A stretch of DNA of 55,679 nt from an uncultured Gammaproteobacteria bacterium (GTDB lineage: Bacteria > Pseudomonadota > Gammaproteobacteria > GCA-001735895). Numbering within the stretch: position 1 is the stretch's first letter; each line of letters opens with the position of its first letter. The position numbers and the translations under genes are program-made. The DNA lies in the NCBI GenBank assembly GCA_937984095.1, contig CALJYH010000121.1, positions 1 to 55,679 on the forward strand, given 5' to 3'. Below the pieces are notes generated by a model. That model made no database searches, was not told where the DNA came from, and worked only from the letters and a program-made list of their open reading frames with translations. Below are positions 34,771 to 45,099 of this stretch, piece by piece.

Positions 34771-35517
34771 TTATCTAATACCTTTCACCATAAGCTGCTT
34801 TATCAGCTTTTCCATCTCAGCGTCGGAAAATCCTTCACGTTCAGTTAGCGAACTGCCAAGGTTGGCGCCGGCGAGTGCTGACGGGGATTCTTTACGAAAT
34901 AAACTCAGGGCCGCACCCTGCCCTTCGATCAAGTCACGCATCACCAGGGGGCTCAACATGCCGGCCATCTCCATCACCGGACACTGGATGATATTGTGCA
35001 AAGCCGTCAATAACTTGGGGCCGATAAACTGCGGCACCATTCTGCCCTGGTTCAGCCGTAACAGGCGTTCTGCGGCATCACAGTAAAAGTCGAGAAAGTG
35101 ATTACCGCGCCGAAACATTAATAATGCATTGTGCACCTTGTTATAGGTCCGCAGCTTTTCGGACTTGTCCTGCTGCACCCATATCTCTCTACCCACTGCG
35201 AAATCGGAATCAGGCAGTAAAAACTGACCTGAGTCAAAGATCAAAAAATCGGCATCGCACCAGATTACTCGGTCGTAACCTTCGGCCAGTCCCTGTTGCA
35301 AAATTTTGAGCCGCGCGAGATCACTTGCGATCACGGTTTGGGCACCAATTTTTTCAAACAACTCCGGCTCGATCAGGTCGAAGAGTTCGTCACCGATAAA
35401 ACACATTTCGAATTGATTATCCTGCGCCCAGCTAGTGACAGAATCCATGCAGAGCCGCAGCCACTCGAAAGGCAACGGATCACGATGGGACTGGATTACC
35501 AGGGTAGCGGACATCAA
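34771..35517 (-). CDS. hypothetical protein, glycosyltransferase-like DxD context
   Basis: ASDLARLKILQQGLAEGYDRVIWCDADFLIF resembles GT32-type sugar-binding regions. This is a weak call made by eye only. Confidence 0.35.
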   Translation of the reverse strand: MMSATLVIQSHRDPLPFEWLRLCMDSVTSWAQDNQFEMCFIGDELFDLIEPELFEKIGAQTVIASDLARLKILQQGLAEGYDRVIWCDADFLIFDSGQFLLPDSDFAVGREIWVQQDKSEKLRTYNKVHNALLMFRRGNHFLDFYCDAAERLLRLNQGRMVPQFIGPKLLTALHNIIQCPVMEMAGMLSPLVMRDLIEGQGAALSLFRKESPSALAGANLGSSLTEREGFSDAEMEKLIKQLMVKGIR

Positions 35518-35597
35518 AAAACCAGTGTCATTGTTCGTGCGCGACAGCTTATCATGCTATTTTTACCGCGTTCGTTAACAGCCATAGAGAAAAATTA

Positions 35598-35867
35598 ATG
35601 ACTGATCCAACAATCGCAGACAACAAGCCGGCCAGGGTAGCGCTCGAGAAAGACAGGAAATACTATTTCTGCATGTGCGGACGAAGCAACAATCAACCTT
35701 TTTGCGATGGCTCACACAAGGGCAGCGAGTTTTCACCAATGGCCTTTGTTTGCGATGCCAGCAAGGACTATTACCTGTGCCGATGCAAGCATAGCGGCAA
35801 CAAACCCTATTGCGATGGCACCCACAAACAGTTCGACGATGACCAGGTCGGAAAGCCCCTCAGCTAG
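35598..35867 (+). CDS. CDGSH iron-sulfur domain protein (two motifs)
   Basis: CMCGRSNNQPFCDGSH and CRCKHSGNKPYCDGTH. Confidence 0.85.
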   Translation: MTDPTIADNKPARVALEKDRKYYFCMCGRSNNQPFCDGSHKGSEFSPMAFVCDASKDYYLCRCKHSGNKPYCDGTHKQFDDDQVGKPLS

Positions 35868-35880
35868 TTTAAGTTGAGAT

Positions 35881-36363
35881 TTATCCGCAAAGTTGCGGAC
35901 TTCCCCCCTCACTGGCGTCTTTGCCATATACCATGCGTTCTATTCCGGCCCAGTAGGCTGCCGCCTCGCACATCGGGCAGGCCGGTGACGACGAATACAG
36001 AATGCAGCGACTGAGATCGCGCGAATTGAGTCGACGCGCCGCATCCCGAATGGCTTCCATCTCGGCGTGAGCAGTTGGATCCTGATTGATTATTACATGA
36101 CTCGGGGATTGACCAACGATTTTACCATCGCGAACTACGACCGCCCCATAGCCCTGATCACCGCTTTCGATTGCCCGTTTTTGCATGGCAAAGGCGCGTA
36201 CTATGAATGACGTATCATCGCTTCGATCAGGCTGCTCGATTGATTCCGATTCCGCACTGCTCGCCAGGCTATCACGCGCTGCGAGCACCGGGAACATTCC
36301 CGCCACAGCAAGCACTAGTGCTCGCCTTTTTACGTTTGGTTGTTTAACCATGATTATTCCCAT
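35881..36363 (-). CDS. CDA-fold nucleoside/nucleobase deaminase with N-terminal export signal
   Basis: Zinc motifs HAEMEAI and PCPMCEAA. The N-terminus is VKRRALVLAVAGMFPVLAARDSLA. An alternative start lies at 36351. Confidence 0.8.
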   Translation of the reverse strand: MGIIMVKQPNVKRRALVLAVAGMFPVLAARDSLASSAESESIEQPDRSDDTSFIVRAFAMQKRAIESGDQGYGAVVVRDGKIVGQSPSHVIINQDPTAHAEMEAIRDAARRLNSRDLSRCILYSSSPACPMCEAAAYWAGIERMVYGKDASEGGSPQLCG

Positions 36364-36469
36364 CCAGACAATTCGTTCAGTTTAACATTTCCCGCACAAA
36401 ACCCACTTGTGCAGCAAGCAGGCAAACGCATAAAATACCCGGCCTTCTAACTGATACCTGGGGACTAAC

Positions 36470-36634
36470 ATGGGCGAATGTCCGGTATGTGCGGCCGAAG
36501 TCGAAGTGGCCAACGATGCAATATCTGGCGAGTTGCTGGTCTGCGAAGACTGCGGTGCCGAACTCGAACTAATCAAAACTGATCCGGTTGAACTGGCTGA
36601 AGCGCCTTCGGCCGAAGAGGACTGGGGTCAGTGA
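36470..36634 (+). CDS. lysW: LysW-type amino-group carrier protein
   Basis: 54-aa ORF absent from the track, [54 protein letters not shown]. It has a zinc ribbon (CPVC/CEDC) and an acidic tail. Its stop overlaps the lysX GTG as GTGA. Confidence 0.8.
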   Translation: MGECPVCAAEVEVANDAISGELLVCEDCGAELELIKTDPVELAEAPSAEEDWGQ

Positions 36635-37467
36635 AAATCGGCCTGCTACATTCGCTGATCCGAAAAGAAGAGAAACTTCTGATCGAAGCATTTCAAAAAG
36701 CGGGTGTGGAACCGATCATGATCGACGATCGCAAGTTGATCATGGACTTTCACAGCGCCCCCGATATCGACATCCTGGTCGAACGTTCAATCAATCACTC
36801 ACGCGCACTGCATGCGCTGCGGCTGTTCGAAAGCGCCGGAGTATGCTGCGTCAACTCACACAGGGTCGCACAGATCTGCGGTGACAAGTTGCTGACCACC
36901 GCCGCGCTGAAGGATCATGGTATCGCGCAGCCCGAAAGCAGGGTCGCTTTTACCGAGGAGTCGGCGCTTGCCGCGATCGAGGAACTGGGCTACCCGGTAG
37001 TTTTGAAACCAGCCGTTGGCTCCTGGGGTAGATTGCTTTCCAAGATCAACGATCGCGATGCCGCCGAGACGGTACTCGAGCACAAGACCGTGCTCGGCAG
37101 CTACCACCACTCAATTTTTTATATTCAGCAATATATCGACAAGCAAGGTCGCGATATCCGCAGTTTCGTGGTCGGCGATGATTGCATTGCTGCCATTTAC
37201 CGTAGCTCCGATCACTGGATCACCAACACCGCCCGCGGCGCCCAGGCGAGTAAGTGCGAGGTGACTGCCGAGGTCGCTGAAATTTCGCTGGCAGCGGCGA
37301 AAGCAGTGGGCGGCGGGATTGTCGCGGTCGACTTGTTCGAAAGCGACAACGGCTTGCTGGTCAACGAGGTCAACTACACGATGGAATTTCGCAACAGTAT
37401 CGATACCACGGGGGTCGATATTCCCCAGGTCGTCGCAAACTACGTCATCGGCCTTGTGAAACAATGA
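36631..37467 (+). CDS. lysX: LysX-type ATP-grasp carrier-protein ligase (RimK family)
   Basis: [55 protein letters not shown] and [26 protein letters not shown] closely match Thermus LysX as I recall it. Confidence 0.9.
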   Translation: MKIGLLHSLIRKEEKLLIEAFQKAGVEPIMIDDRKLIMDFHSAPDIDILVERSINHSRALHALRLFESAGVCCVNSHRVAQICGDKLLTTAALKDHGIAQPESRVAFTEESALAAIEELGYPVVLKPAVGSWGRLLSKINDRDAAETVLEHKTVLGSYHHSIFYIQQYIDKQGRDIRSFVVGDDCIAAIYRSSDHWITNTARGAQASKCEVTAEVAEISLAAAKAVGGGIVAVDLFESDNGLLVNEVNYTMEFRNSIDTTGVDIPQVVANYVIGLVKQ

Positions 37468-38486
37468 TCAAGGTCTCGATTGTCGGAGCCTCGGGTTACA
37501 CCGGTGGCGATTTACTGCGCATCCTGTTATTCCACCCGCAGGTCGAAATTCAACAGGTTACCTCGGAGCGGCACGCGGGCCGACTGGTTTCCAGTGTGCA
37601 CCCCAACCTGCGTAAAATCTGCAGACACAAATTTGTCTCCGTTGCCGAACTCGAGCCTTGTGACGTGATGTTCCTGGGGTTACCGCACGGACAAATGATG
37701 AATCGCCTGGCTGAATTTGAAGGCCTGGCCGACACCTTGATCGATTTATCTGCCGATTTTCGACTGCGCGACAGCGACGCTTTCGAAACCTGGTATGGAA
37801 AACCACACAGCTGCCCGCAAAAACTCGCCGAGTTTGTCTACGGCATTCCAGAGCTTCACCGTGCGGAAATGAAAGCTGCGAAAAGAATCTCGGGTGCTGG
37901 CTGTAACGCTACCGCGACCATTCTCGCGCTGCATCCGCTTTACCAGGCCGGCGTAGTCGAATCGGCCGTGGTTGAGGTAAAAGCCGGCTCCAGCCAGGGT
38001 GGCAATGTAGTCAGTGAAGGCAGCCATCATCCGGAACGCAGCGGTGCAGTGCGCTCCTACAAACCAACCGCCCATCGTCACCTCGGGGAAATCCAGCAGG
38101 AACTGGGCGCAGAAAATATTCATTTCTCGGCGACCTCGATCGAGATGGTGCGCGGAATCCTGGCAACCTGTCATGTTTTTCTGAACCAGGACCTGGAAGA
38201 AAAAGATATCTGGAAGCTCTACCGCGGCGCCTACGGAAACGAACCTTTTATCCGCATCGTCAAGGAGCGCAGCGGTATCCATCGTTATCCGGAACCGAAA
38301 ATTCTGGCTGGCAGTAATTACTGTGATATCGGCTTCGAGCGCGACCCGCACAGTAATCGACTGGTCGTGATCAGCGCACTGGATAACCTCATGAAAGGCG
38401 CGGCGGGCCAGGCAGTGCAGGCCTTCAATATTGCGCAGGGATTCGACGAAACCACGGGACTCGAATTTCCTGGACTGCACCCCTGA
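37464..38486 (+). CDS. lysY: LysY/ArgC-type carrier-linked acyl-phosphate reductase
   Basis: [21 protein letters not shown] fold and catalytic Cys in [13 protein letters not shown] overlap with lysX. Confidence 0.85.
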   Translation: MIKVSIVGASGYTGGDLLRILLFHPQVEIQQVTSERHAGRLVSSVHPNLRKICRHKFVSVAELEPCDVMFLGLPHGQMMNRLAEFEGLADTLIDLSADFRLRDSDAFETWYGKPHSCPQKLAEFVYGIPELHRAEMKAAKRISGAGCNATATILALHPLYQAGVVESAVVEVKAGSSQGGNVVSEGSHHPERSGAVRSYKPTAHRHLGEIQQELGAENIHFSATSIEMVRGILATCHVFLNQDLEEKDIWKLYRGAYGNEPFIRIVKERSGIHRYPEPKILAGSNYCDIGFERDPHSNRLVVISALDNLMKGAAGQAVQAFNIAQGFDETTGLEFPGLHP

Positions 38487-38498
38487 TTCTGCACCGAC

Positions 38499-39134
38499 AT
38501 GTGTCGCATTCTCTATGCTCGAGCCGAGACGCAATTTTCGATTGCGGAGTTACTCGCACCCTTCGCCGAGGTCTCACGCGATAGCCGCGAGTTCCAGGGT
38601 CACGGTTGGGGCTGTGCCTGGCGCGAAGACGACGGTTGGCATCAATACCACGATATCCGCCCGATCTGGGAGGATGATCTGGAGCAATTTGGGCACACTC
38701 AGCTGTTACTGGTGCATGCGCGCAGCGCGTTTCGCGATGAGGGTATCGTCATCGAAAACAATATGCCCTTCTCCGACGGTGAGTCGATTTTCATCTTCAA
38801 TGGTGAGTTGCGCGGAGTACGAATTAAATCGGAAGGTCGTATCGGTGCAGAAAAAATCTACAACTATATTCGCCGCTTCGACAAGGGCGATAAATGCCAG
38901 GCCACCAATAAGGCTGTCGACATAATCAAAAAACGCAGTGCCTACGTGCGCGCGATGAATATTATTCTCTCCGACGGAAAACAATCGTGCCTGTCCACCA
39001 GTTACGGCGAAGACCCAGAATACTTTCAAATGCATCAGAAACATCACCAGGACCTGCATCTGGTATGCTCGCAACCGTTCGCTGGAGACAGCGACTGGTC
39101 CACAATCGCTAACAACACGACGATCGAATTATGA
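38499..39134 (+). CDS. class II (Ntn) glutamine amidotransferase-like protein
   Basis: N-terminal Met-Cys (MCRILYA), HGWGCAW, LLLVHARSAFRDEG, NNMPF and FIFNGEL follow the layout of YafJ/EgtC-type Ntn amidohydrolases. Its stop overlaps the lysZ ATG. Confidence 0.7.
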   Translation: MCRILYARAETQFSIAELLAPFAEVSRDSREFQGHGWGCAWREDDGWHQYHDIRPIWEDDLEQFGHTQLLLVHARSAFRDEGIVIENNMPFSDGESIFIFNGELRGVRIKSEGRIGAEKIYNYIRRFDKGDKCQATNKAVDIIKKRSAYVRAMNIILSDGKQSCLSTSYGEDPEYFQMHQKHHQDLHLVCSQPFAGDSDWSTIANNTTIEL

Positions 39135-39922
39135 TGCTGATAAAAATCGGCGGCGGCGAACGAATTAATCTCGAAGCCGCAATCGAAGATCTGGCGACAC
39201 TCGAGCAGCCATTTGTCATCGTGCATGGGGCCAACGTACTACGCGATCAACTGGCGCAACAACTGGGTAAGGAAAAGACGGTACTCACTTCTGTCTCAGG
39301 ATACAGCAGCGTTTTTTCCGATCAGGATGCAATCGATATCATCATGATGAGTTACTCGGGCCTGCGTAATAAGCAGATCGTTGAACTGTGCCAACGTAAT
39401 GAAATCAACGCAGTCGGTCTGACCGGCCTCGATGGTCGCCTGGTCCAGGGGGAACGTAACAAGGGCATCCGTGTGCGTGAAAACGGTAAGACCCTGATCA
39501 AGAGGGATCTTTCGGGTAAACCGCGCTCCATTAACAGCCAGTTATTGACGCTATTGCTGGAAAGCGGTTACTGCCCGGTGCTGACGATCCCCATCGCCGA
39601 CGAAAAAGGCTTTGCAATAAACTCGGAGAACGACGATATCGTTGCCCGGATTGCGAGCGCACTCGAAATCGATACGGTGATTCAATTGATCGAAGCGCCC
39701 GGGTTTCTCGATGATCCCGCTGACGAAACCTCGCTGGTAACCAGCATGAGTCTCGGTGAGCTAGAGCGTCGTGAAGCGAACGTCGAAGGACGTATCAAAC
39801 GCAAGCTGCTCGCGCTGACACGACTTTGCCAGGACGGCAAAACCCGGGTCATCATCGCCGATGGCCGCCGCGAGCAACCCATTATCAGCGCACTCGAAGG
39901 TGCCGGGACACATATCTCATGA
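39131..39922 (+). CDS. lysZ: LysZ/ArgB-type carrier-linked amino acid kinase
   Basis: Amino-acid-kinase fold: LIKIGGG, VIVHGAN, GLTGLDG. Confidence 0.85.
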   Translation: MMLIKIGGGERINLEAAIEDLATLEQPFVIVHGANVLRDQLAQQLGKEKTVLTSVSGYSSVFSDQDAIDIIMMSYSGLRNKQIVELCQRNEINAVGLTGLDGRLVQGERNKGIRVRENGKTLIKRDLSGKPRSINSQLLTLLLESGYCPVLTIPIADEKGFAINSENDDIVARIASALEIDTVIQLIEAPGFLDDPADETSLVTSMSLGELERREANVEGRIKRKLLALTRLCQDGKTRVIIADGRREQPIISALEGAGTHIS

Positions 39923-41073
39923 CTGATTACAAAGCACTCGAACACGAATATGGCATACCGTTACAGGCAAAACGCGACCTGGTTGCGGTCCGTGGAAACG
40001 GGGCCTTGCTTTACGACGAGCAGGATCGGGAGTATATCGATTGCGCCGCCGGAATCGCCGTCGCCTCACTCGGGCACTGCCATCCAAAGCTGATCGTAGC
40101 GATCAAGCAACAGGCCGAAACCCTGATTACCTGCCCTAACATCATGTACAACGACGTGCGCTCGAAACTGCTCAAAAAACTGGTAGAGGTAACCCCCGAG
40201 AGCCTGACTCGCGCCTATTTATGCAACTCGGGTGCCGAGTCGATCGAGGCCGCACTCAAGTTTGCGCGCCTGCACACCGGGCGGACCAACTTTGTCACCG
40301 CGATGCGCGGTTTCCACGGTCGCACCATGGGTGCGGTCAGCGCCACTTACACACCAAAATATCGCGAAGCATTTCAGCCGCTGATTCCCGGCTTCGACTA
40401 CGTACCCTTCAATAAGATCGAAAAGCTCGATGCCGCGGTGAACGACAATACCGCGGCCGTTATGTTCGAGCTGGTGCAGGGTGAAGGCGGCGTCAATCCG
40501 ATCCAGGCCGACTATCTCGCGGCCGTGCGCAAGCTCTGTTCCGAGCGTGGAGTATTGCTGATTATCGATGAAATCCAGACTGGATTCTGTCGAACCGGGA
40601 GATTCTTTGCCTGTAATCATTTCGACCTGCAACCCGACCTCATGTGCGTGGCCAAGGCGATGGGTGGCGGTGTACCCATTGGCGCCACCCTGCTTAATGC
40701 CGACATTAATATCGAGCCCGGGCTGCATGGTACGACCTTCGGCGGTAACCCGTTGGCCTGTGCCGCGGCGTTAGCGGCGATCGATGTCTATCAGACCGAT
40801 AACCTGGCACAACGGGCTGCGGAGCTGGGTGATTATTTCGAACAACAGCTAAACGTTGCCGACCTTTCCCAGGTGCGTGCATTGCGCCGACTCGGCTTGA
40901 TGATCGGTATCGAGCTCAAGCAAAAGGTGCAGGGCAAGCTGGCAGAGTTACTAGAGCATCGCATCATCGCGTTGCCGGCAGGGCCTAACGTGATCCGAAT
41001 GTTGCCGCCGTTAGTCATCGAGAAAGAACAGATTGACCGGGTCGTCAAGACCTTACGCCAGTTGCTGGCTTGA
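39919..41073 (+). CDS. lysJ: LysJ/ArgD-type class III aminotransferase
   Basis: [29 protein letters not shown], and PLP Lys context [11 protein letters not shown] 39919 overlaps the lysZ stop. The track extension back to 39826 is rejected. Confidence 0.85.
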   Translation: MTDYKALEHEYGIPLQAKRDLVAVRGNGALLYDEQDREYIDCAAGIAVASLGHCHPKLIVAIKQQAETLITCPNIMYNDVRSKLLKKLVEVTPESLTRAYLCNSGAESIEAALKFARLHTGRTNFVTAMRGFHGRTMGAVSATYTPKYREAFQPLIPGFDYVPFNKIEKLDAAVNDNTAAVMFELVQGEGGVNPIQADYLAAVRKLCSERGVLLIIDEIQTGFCRTGRFFACNHFDLQPDLMCVAKAMGGGVPIGATLLNADINIEPGLHGTTFGGNPLACAAALAAIDVYQTDNLAQRAAELGDYFEQQLNVADLSQVRALRRLGLMIGIELKQKVQGKLAELLEHRIIALPAGPNVIRMLPPLVIEKEQIDRVVKTLRQLLA

Positions 41074-41256
41074 CCTGCTTTTAGCAGATACGGATATCCA
41101 CGTCGACAATACCGGGGAAAGTTGACGAGGATCACATTTTGTATGTTTATTACTATCTGCTGGTTTTTGTCCATTCGATACTCTTATATAATCCCCTTTT
41201 TTATATGATGGAACATTCGAAACGTGTCCAGTCCCGCTAATCAAGTTGAATTAAAT

Positions 41257-42861
41257 ATGACCTCTACTCCGGATCTCACTCCCTACGGTATCAGCGACAC
41301 CATTGAAGTCCTGTATAACCCCAGTTACGAGACGCTGTTCGCCGAAGAAACAGCCGCTAATCTGAATGGTTTTGAAGTGGGTCATTTGACCGAGTCGGGT
41401 GCAATCGCCGTCGACACCGGTGACTTTACCGGCCGTTCTCCCAAGGACAAGTACCTGGTGCGTGACGACACGACCCGGGACCAGATCTGGTGGTCGGACC
41501 AGGGTGAAAACGACAACAAGCCGATCAACATCGAGACCTGGAACACCCTGCGTCAACTGGTTACCGACCAGCTATCGGGTAAAAAACTGTTCGTGGTCGA
41601 TACCTTTTGTGGCGCCAGCCCCGAAAGCCGTCTCAAGGTAAGGTTCATTACCGAGGTTGCGTGGCAGGCCCATTTCGTCACCAATATGTTCATCCGGCCC
41701 AACGTCGAAGAACTAACCGATTACGTGCCGGATTTCGTCGTGCTTAACGGGTCCAAAACGTCAAACCAGAATTATGCGGCGATGGGACTGAACTCTGAGA
41801 ATTTTGTAGCGTTCAACATGACGCAAGGAATGCAGATCATCGGTGGTACCTGGTATGGCGGTGAGATGAAAAAGGGCATGTTCTCGATGATGAACTACCT
41901 GCTACCGCTCAAGGGAATGCCTTCGATGCACTGTTCGGCTAACGTCGGAAAAGAAGGTGACGTCGCGATTTTCTTCGGGCTTTCCGGAACCGGCAAAACC
42001 ACCCTGTCTACCGATCCCAAGCGCCGCCTGATCGGCGATGATGAGCATGGTTGGGACGATGAAGGAATTTTCAATTTTGAAGGCGGCTGTTATGCCAAGG
42101 TTATCGATTTAAGCGCAGAAGACGAACCCGATATCTATCGCGCGATCCGCCGCGATGCATTGCTGGAAAACGTGGTGGTCAACAATGAAGGCAAAATCGA
42201 TTACACCGATAGCTCGAAAACCGAGAACACGCGGGTGTCTTACCCGATTTATCACATTGATAATATCGTCAAACCCGTGTCCAGGGCCGGTCACGCCGGT
42301 CGTGTCATATTTCTGACCGCCGATGCCTTTGGCGTACTGCCCCCGGTTTCAAAATTAACACCTGAACAGGCACAGTATTACTTTCTTTCCGGTTTTACCG
42401 CCAAGCTGGCCGGCACCGAACGCGGCATCACCGAGCCCACCCCGACTTTTTCCGCCTGCTTTGGCAAAGCCTTCCTGTCGCTGCACCCAACCCGGTATGC
42501 CGAGGTACTAAATAAGAAAATGGATCAGTTTGGCAGCCAGGCGTACCTCGTGAATACCGGCTGGGACGGCAGTGGTAATCGTATTTCGATCAAGGCAACA
42601 CGCGCGATAATTGATGCAATTCTCGATGGATCTATCGACAGCGCGGAAACCGTAACGCTACCAACCTTCAACCTGAGTGTACCTACCAGCCTGCCCGCGG
42701 TGGACGTAAAAATTCTGGATCCGCGTAACAGTTATGACGATGGTTCCGAGTGGGAATCAAAAGCAGCCAGGCTGGCTTCCCTGTTCATCGATAATTTCGG
42801 GCAATACACCGATACCGATGGTGGCAAGCAGCTGGTATCAGCAGGTCCATTACTCAATTAA
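41257..42861 (+). CDS. pckA: phosphoenolpyruvate carboxykinase (ATP)
   Basis: [27 protein letters not shown] and [12 protein letters not shown]. The first ATG, at 41257, is used as the start. Confidence 0.95.
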   Translation: MTSTPDLTPYGISDTIEVLYNPSYETLFAEETAANLNGFEVGHLTESGAIAVDTGDFTGRSPKDKYLVRDDTTRDQIWWSDQGENDNKPINIETWNTLRQLVTDQLSGKKLFVVDTFCGASPESRLKVRFITEVAWQAHFVTNMFIRPNVEELTDYVPDFVVLNGSKTSNQNYAAMGLNSENFVAFNMTQGMQIIGGTWYGGEMKKGMFSMMNYLLPLKGMPSMHCSANVGKEGDVAIFFGLSGTGKTTLSTDPKRRLIGDDEHGWDDEGIFNFEGGCYAKVIDLSAEDEPDIYRAIRRDALLENVVVNNEGKIDYTDSSKTENTRVSYPIYHIDNIVKPVSRAGHAGRVIFLTADAFGVLPPVSKLTPEQAQYYFLSGFTAKLAGTERGITEPTPTFSACFGKAFLSLHPTRYAEVLNKKMDQFGSQAYLVNTGWDGSGNRISIKATRAIIDAILDGSIDSAETVTLPTFNLSVPTSLPAVDVKILDPRNSYDDGSEWESKAARLASLFIDNFGQYTDTDGGKQLVSAGPLLN

Positions 42862-42886
42862 CCCGGCGATGTATATTGTCGCCGGG
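42862..42886 (+). terminator. hairpin after pckA
   Basis: CCCGGCGA (42862-42869) pairs with TCGCCGGG (42879-42886) across a 9-nt loop. There is no U-tract. A second hairpin lies at 42925-42945. Confidence 0.35.
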
Positions 42887-42982
42887 TCAATAGAACCCCT
42901 GCTACAATTCACCACTGCAGCGCTTGCCTGAGCCTGGCTTAGGCAGGCAGAATGTCGTTCTTCAATGCGGTGAGCAAAATAA

Positions 42983-44980
42983 ATGAAAAAGGCTGGTTTC
43001 AAGGTTCTGGAAAACGAGTGGATTACGCTGTCCGACGGGCGTAAATTATCGGCCCGGATCTGGATGCCTGAAACTGCCGCGAAAACGCCATTACCCGCAA
43101 TCCTCGAATATATTCCCTACCGCAAACGCGATGGCACTGCACAGCGCGATGAAAGTACCTACCCAGCATTTGCCGAGGCGGGTTATATAGGGGTTCGTGT
43201 CGATATCTCGGGTACCGGTGAATCTGATGGTGACTGGGACGACGAATATTCAGCCCGCGAACTGGCCGATGGCTGTGAGGTCATCGAATGGATCGCAAGC
43301 CAGGACTGGTGCGATGGCAATCTTGGGATGATGGGGATTTCCTGGGGTGGTTTCAACAGCCTGCAGATTGCCGCTTTAAAACCGTCAGCGCTAAAGGCCG
43401 TAATCTCGATCGGCACTACGGTCGATCGTTATAACGACGATATTCATTACAAGAATGGTTGCCTGCTCTACTCCAATTTCTTCTGGTCGAGCACGATGCT
43501 TTGCTACGCATCCCGCCCGCCCGATCCCGACCTGGTTGGAGATAGCTGGCGCGAAACCTGGTTACAGCGTTTGAACACACAGCCGTTTCCGCTGCAGGCC
43601 TGGCTGGCCCATCAACGCAAAGACGATTACTGGAAACATGGATCGATCAACGAAAATTACAATGATATCGAGATACCCGCACTGGTAATCTCGGGTTGGG
43701 CCGATGGTTATATCAATGCGCCACCTGCGGCGGCAACCCATTTAAAGAACGCCAAGGCAATTAATGGCCCCTGGATTCACAAGTATCCACATTTTGCACT
43801 CCCGAGACCGCGCCTGGATTTCCTCAAAGAAGCAATCAACTGGTGGGACAAGTGGCTCAAGCGTATCGATAACGGTGTCGAGGGTTTACCTGCCTACCGG
43901 GCCTACATCCTCGAAGACGCCAGGCCGCTATTGCATCACGAAACCGAACCCGGCCGTTGGGTCTCGGAAGCAGAACTCCCCTCACCCGATACCCGGGAGC
44001 GCAACTACTACCTGGCTCCGAATCGGCAACTGCTCGATATTCCCGGCAGAACCAGCGAAAAGAAATTGACCTCACCCCAGGATTGCGGCACCAGCTGTGG
44101 CGAGTTTTTTACACTGAAACCCGATGGCGAAATGCCTTCCGACCAACGCCGGGATGACTCCGGATCGCTCGTATTCGACAGCGGCAAGCTGCATCAACCC
44201 ATCGAAATCCTGGGACGTCCCAGGATTCGATTAAAAGTTTCTATCGATAAACCGCTCGGAAATATCGCGGTACGCTTGAATGATATTCATCCCAATGGTG
44301 AAGTTTCGAGGGTTAGCTGGGGCGTTCTGAATCTCGCGCATCGTAACGATAACGAAAATCCCGAGCCGATGACCCCGGGTCAACTGGAATCGATTGAGAT
44401 CGAACTGAATGAATGCGGTTATCGCTTCATGCGCGGTCACAAGATGCGCATTGCGGTCTCCAATAACTACTGGCCAATGATCATGCCACCACCCGAAATC
44501 GTCACCGTCACCATTAAACTCGGGCCCGACGCGTTTGTGACATTGCCGGTACGGGCAGGCGTTGATGTCTACGAAGAGCCCGAGCCCGAGGATCAAATTC
44601 CGCTGCCAGCCTACGAAATCAAGGAGCCCGGGCTGAGTCGACGCTGGATCGAGCGAAATTTTCAGACCGGGGAATCGCACTACCGGATTATCGATGACAC
44701 CGGCGAGATCGAAGTGCCCGGTAACGGTATGTGCATGCGACACAGTCATGATGAACGCTGGACCATAGCCGCGGATGACCCACTCAGCCATCGTTCACTG
44801 AGTCGTTATATTAGCTGGATGCGTCGCGGTGACTGGTCGATCAGAACCGAATCGGAAAGCGAGTTTCGATGCGACGCGGATAATTTTTATATCAAGGCCA
44901 AGGTGCGTGCCTACGAGGGTGAAGAACTGCTAAACGAACGTGACTGGGAGGAAATCACTATTCCTCGAGACCACATTTAA
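42983..44980 (+). CDS. CocE/NonD-family (S15) hydrolase
   Basis: LPAILEYIPYRKRDG, nucleophile elbow GISWGG, and a large C-terminal beta domain. 665 aa. Confidence 0.8.
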   Translation: MKKAGFKVLENEWITLSDGRKLSARIWMPETAAKTPLPAILEYIPYRKRDGTAQRDESTYPAFAEAGYIGVRVDISGTGESDGDWDDEYSARELADGCEVIEWIASQDWCDGNLGMMGISWGGFNSLQIAALKPSALKAVISIGTTVDRYNDDIHYKNGCLLYSNFFWSSTMLCYASRPPDPDLVGDSWRETWLQRLNTQPFPLQAWLAHQRKDDYWKHGSINENYNDIEIPALVISGWADGYINAPPAAATHLKNAKAINGPWIHKYPHFALPRPRLDFLKEAINWWDKWLKRIDNGVEGLPAYRAYILEDARPLLHHETEPGRWVSEAELPSPDTRERNYYLAPNRQLLDIPGRTSEKKLTSPQDCGTSCGEFFTLKPDGEMPSDQRRDDSGSLVFDSGKLHQPIEILGRPRIRLKVSIDKPLGNIAVRLNDIHPNGEVSRVSWGVLNLAHRNDNENPEPMTPGQLESIEIELNECGYRFMRGHKMRIAVSNNYWPMIMPPPEIVTVTIKLGPDAFVTLPVRAGVDVYEEPEPEDQIPLPAYEIKEPGLSRRWIERNFQTGESHYRIIDDTGEIEVPGNGMCMRHSHDERWTIAADDPLSHRSLSRYISWMRRGDWSIRTESESEFRCDADNFYIKAKVRAYEGEELLNERDWEEITIPRDHI

Positions 44981-45099
44981 GCCAGGCGTCAAATTTTTGT
45001 CATTAATATAAACTATTGGTAAATAAGGATAAATTATACCGGAACAAGATGCATTAGTGTTAATATGCAACTCTTTTTGGCAGATAACGAGCATTTTTC

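Noticed and set aside
35881-36363. Exported deaminase as a polymorphic toxin module
   Set aside because: There is no delivery domain, no adjacent small immunity-like ORF and no secretion-system genes. At 160 aa it fits a stand-alone enzyme.
37746-38534. 262-aa antisense ORF opposite lysY, and similar long shadow ORFs (e.g. 16945-17634, 17563-18117, 20736-21215, 44231-44791, 48948-49430, 49885-50391, 40219-40728)
   Set aside because: Each lies fully inside a confidently identified gene on the other strand or frame. They have Arg/Pro/Gly-rich, motif-free translations typical of GC-rich shadow frames.
39826-39918. 5' extension of lysJ overlapping lysZ
   Set aside because: It is Arg/Pro-rich out-of-frame read-through of the lysZ 3' end. 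ATG 39919 gives the ATGA coupling and a normal ArgD-like N-terminus.
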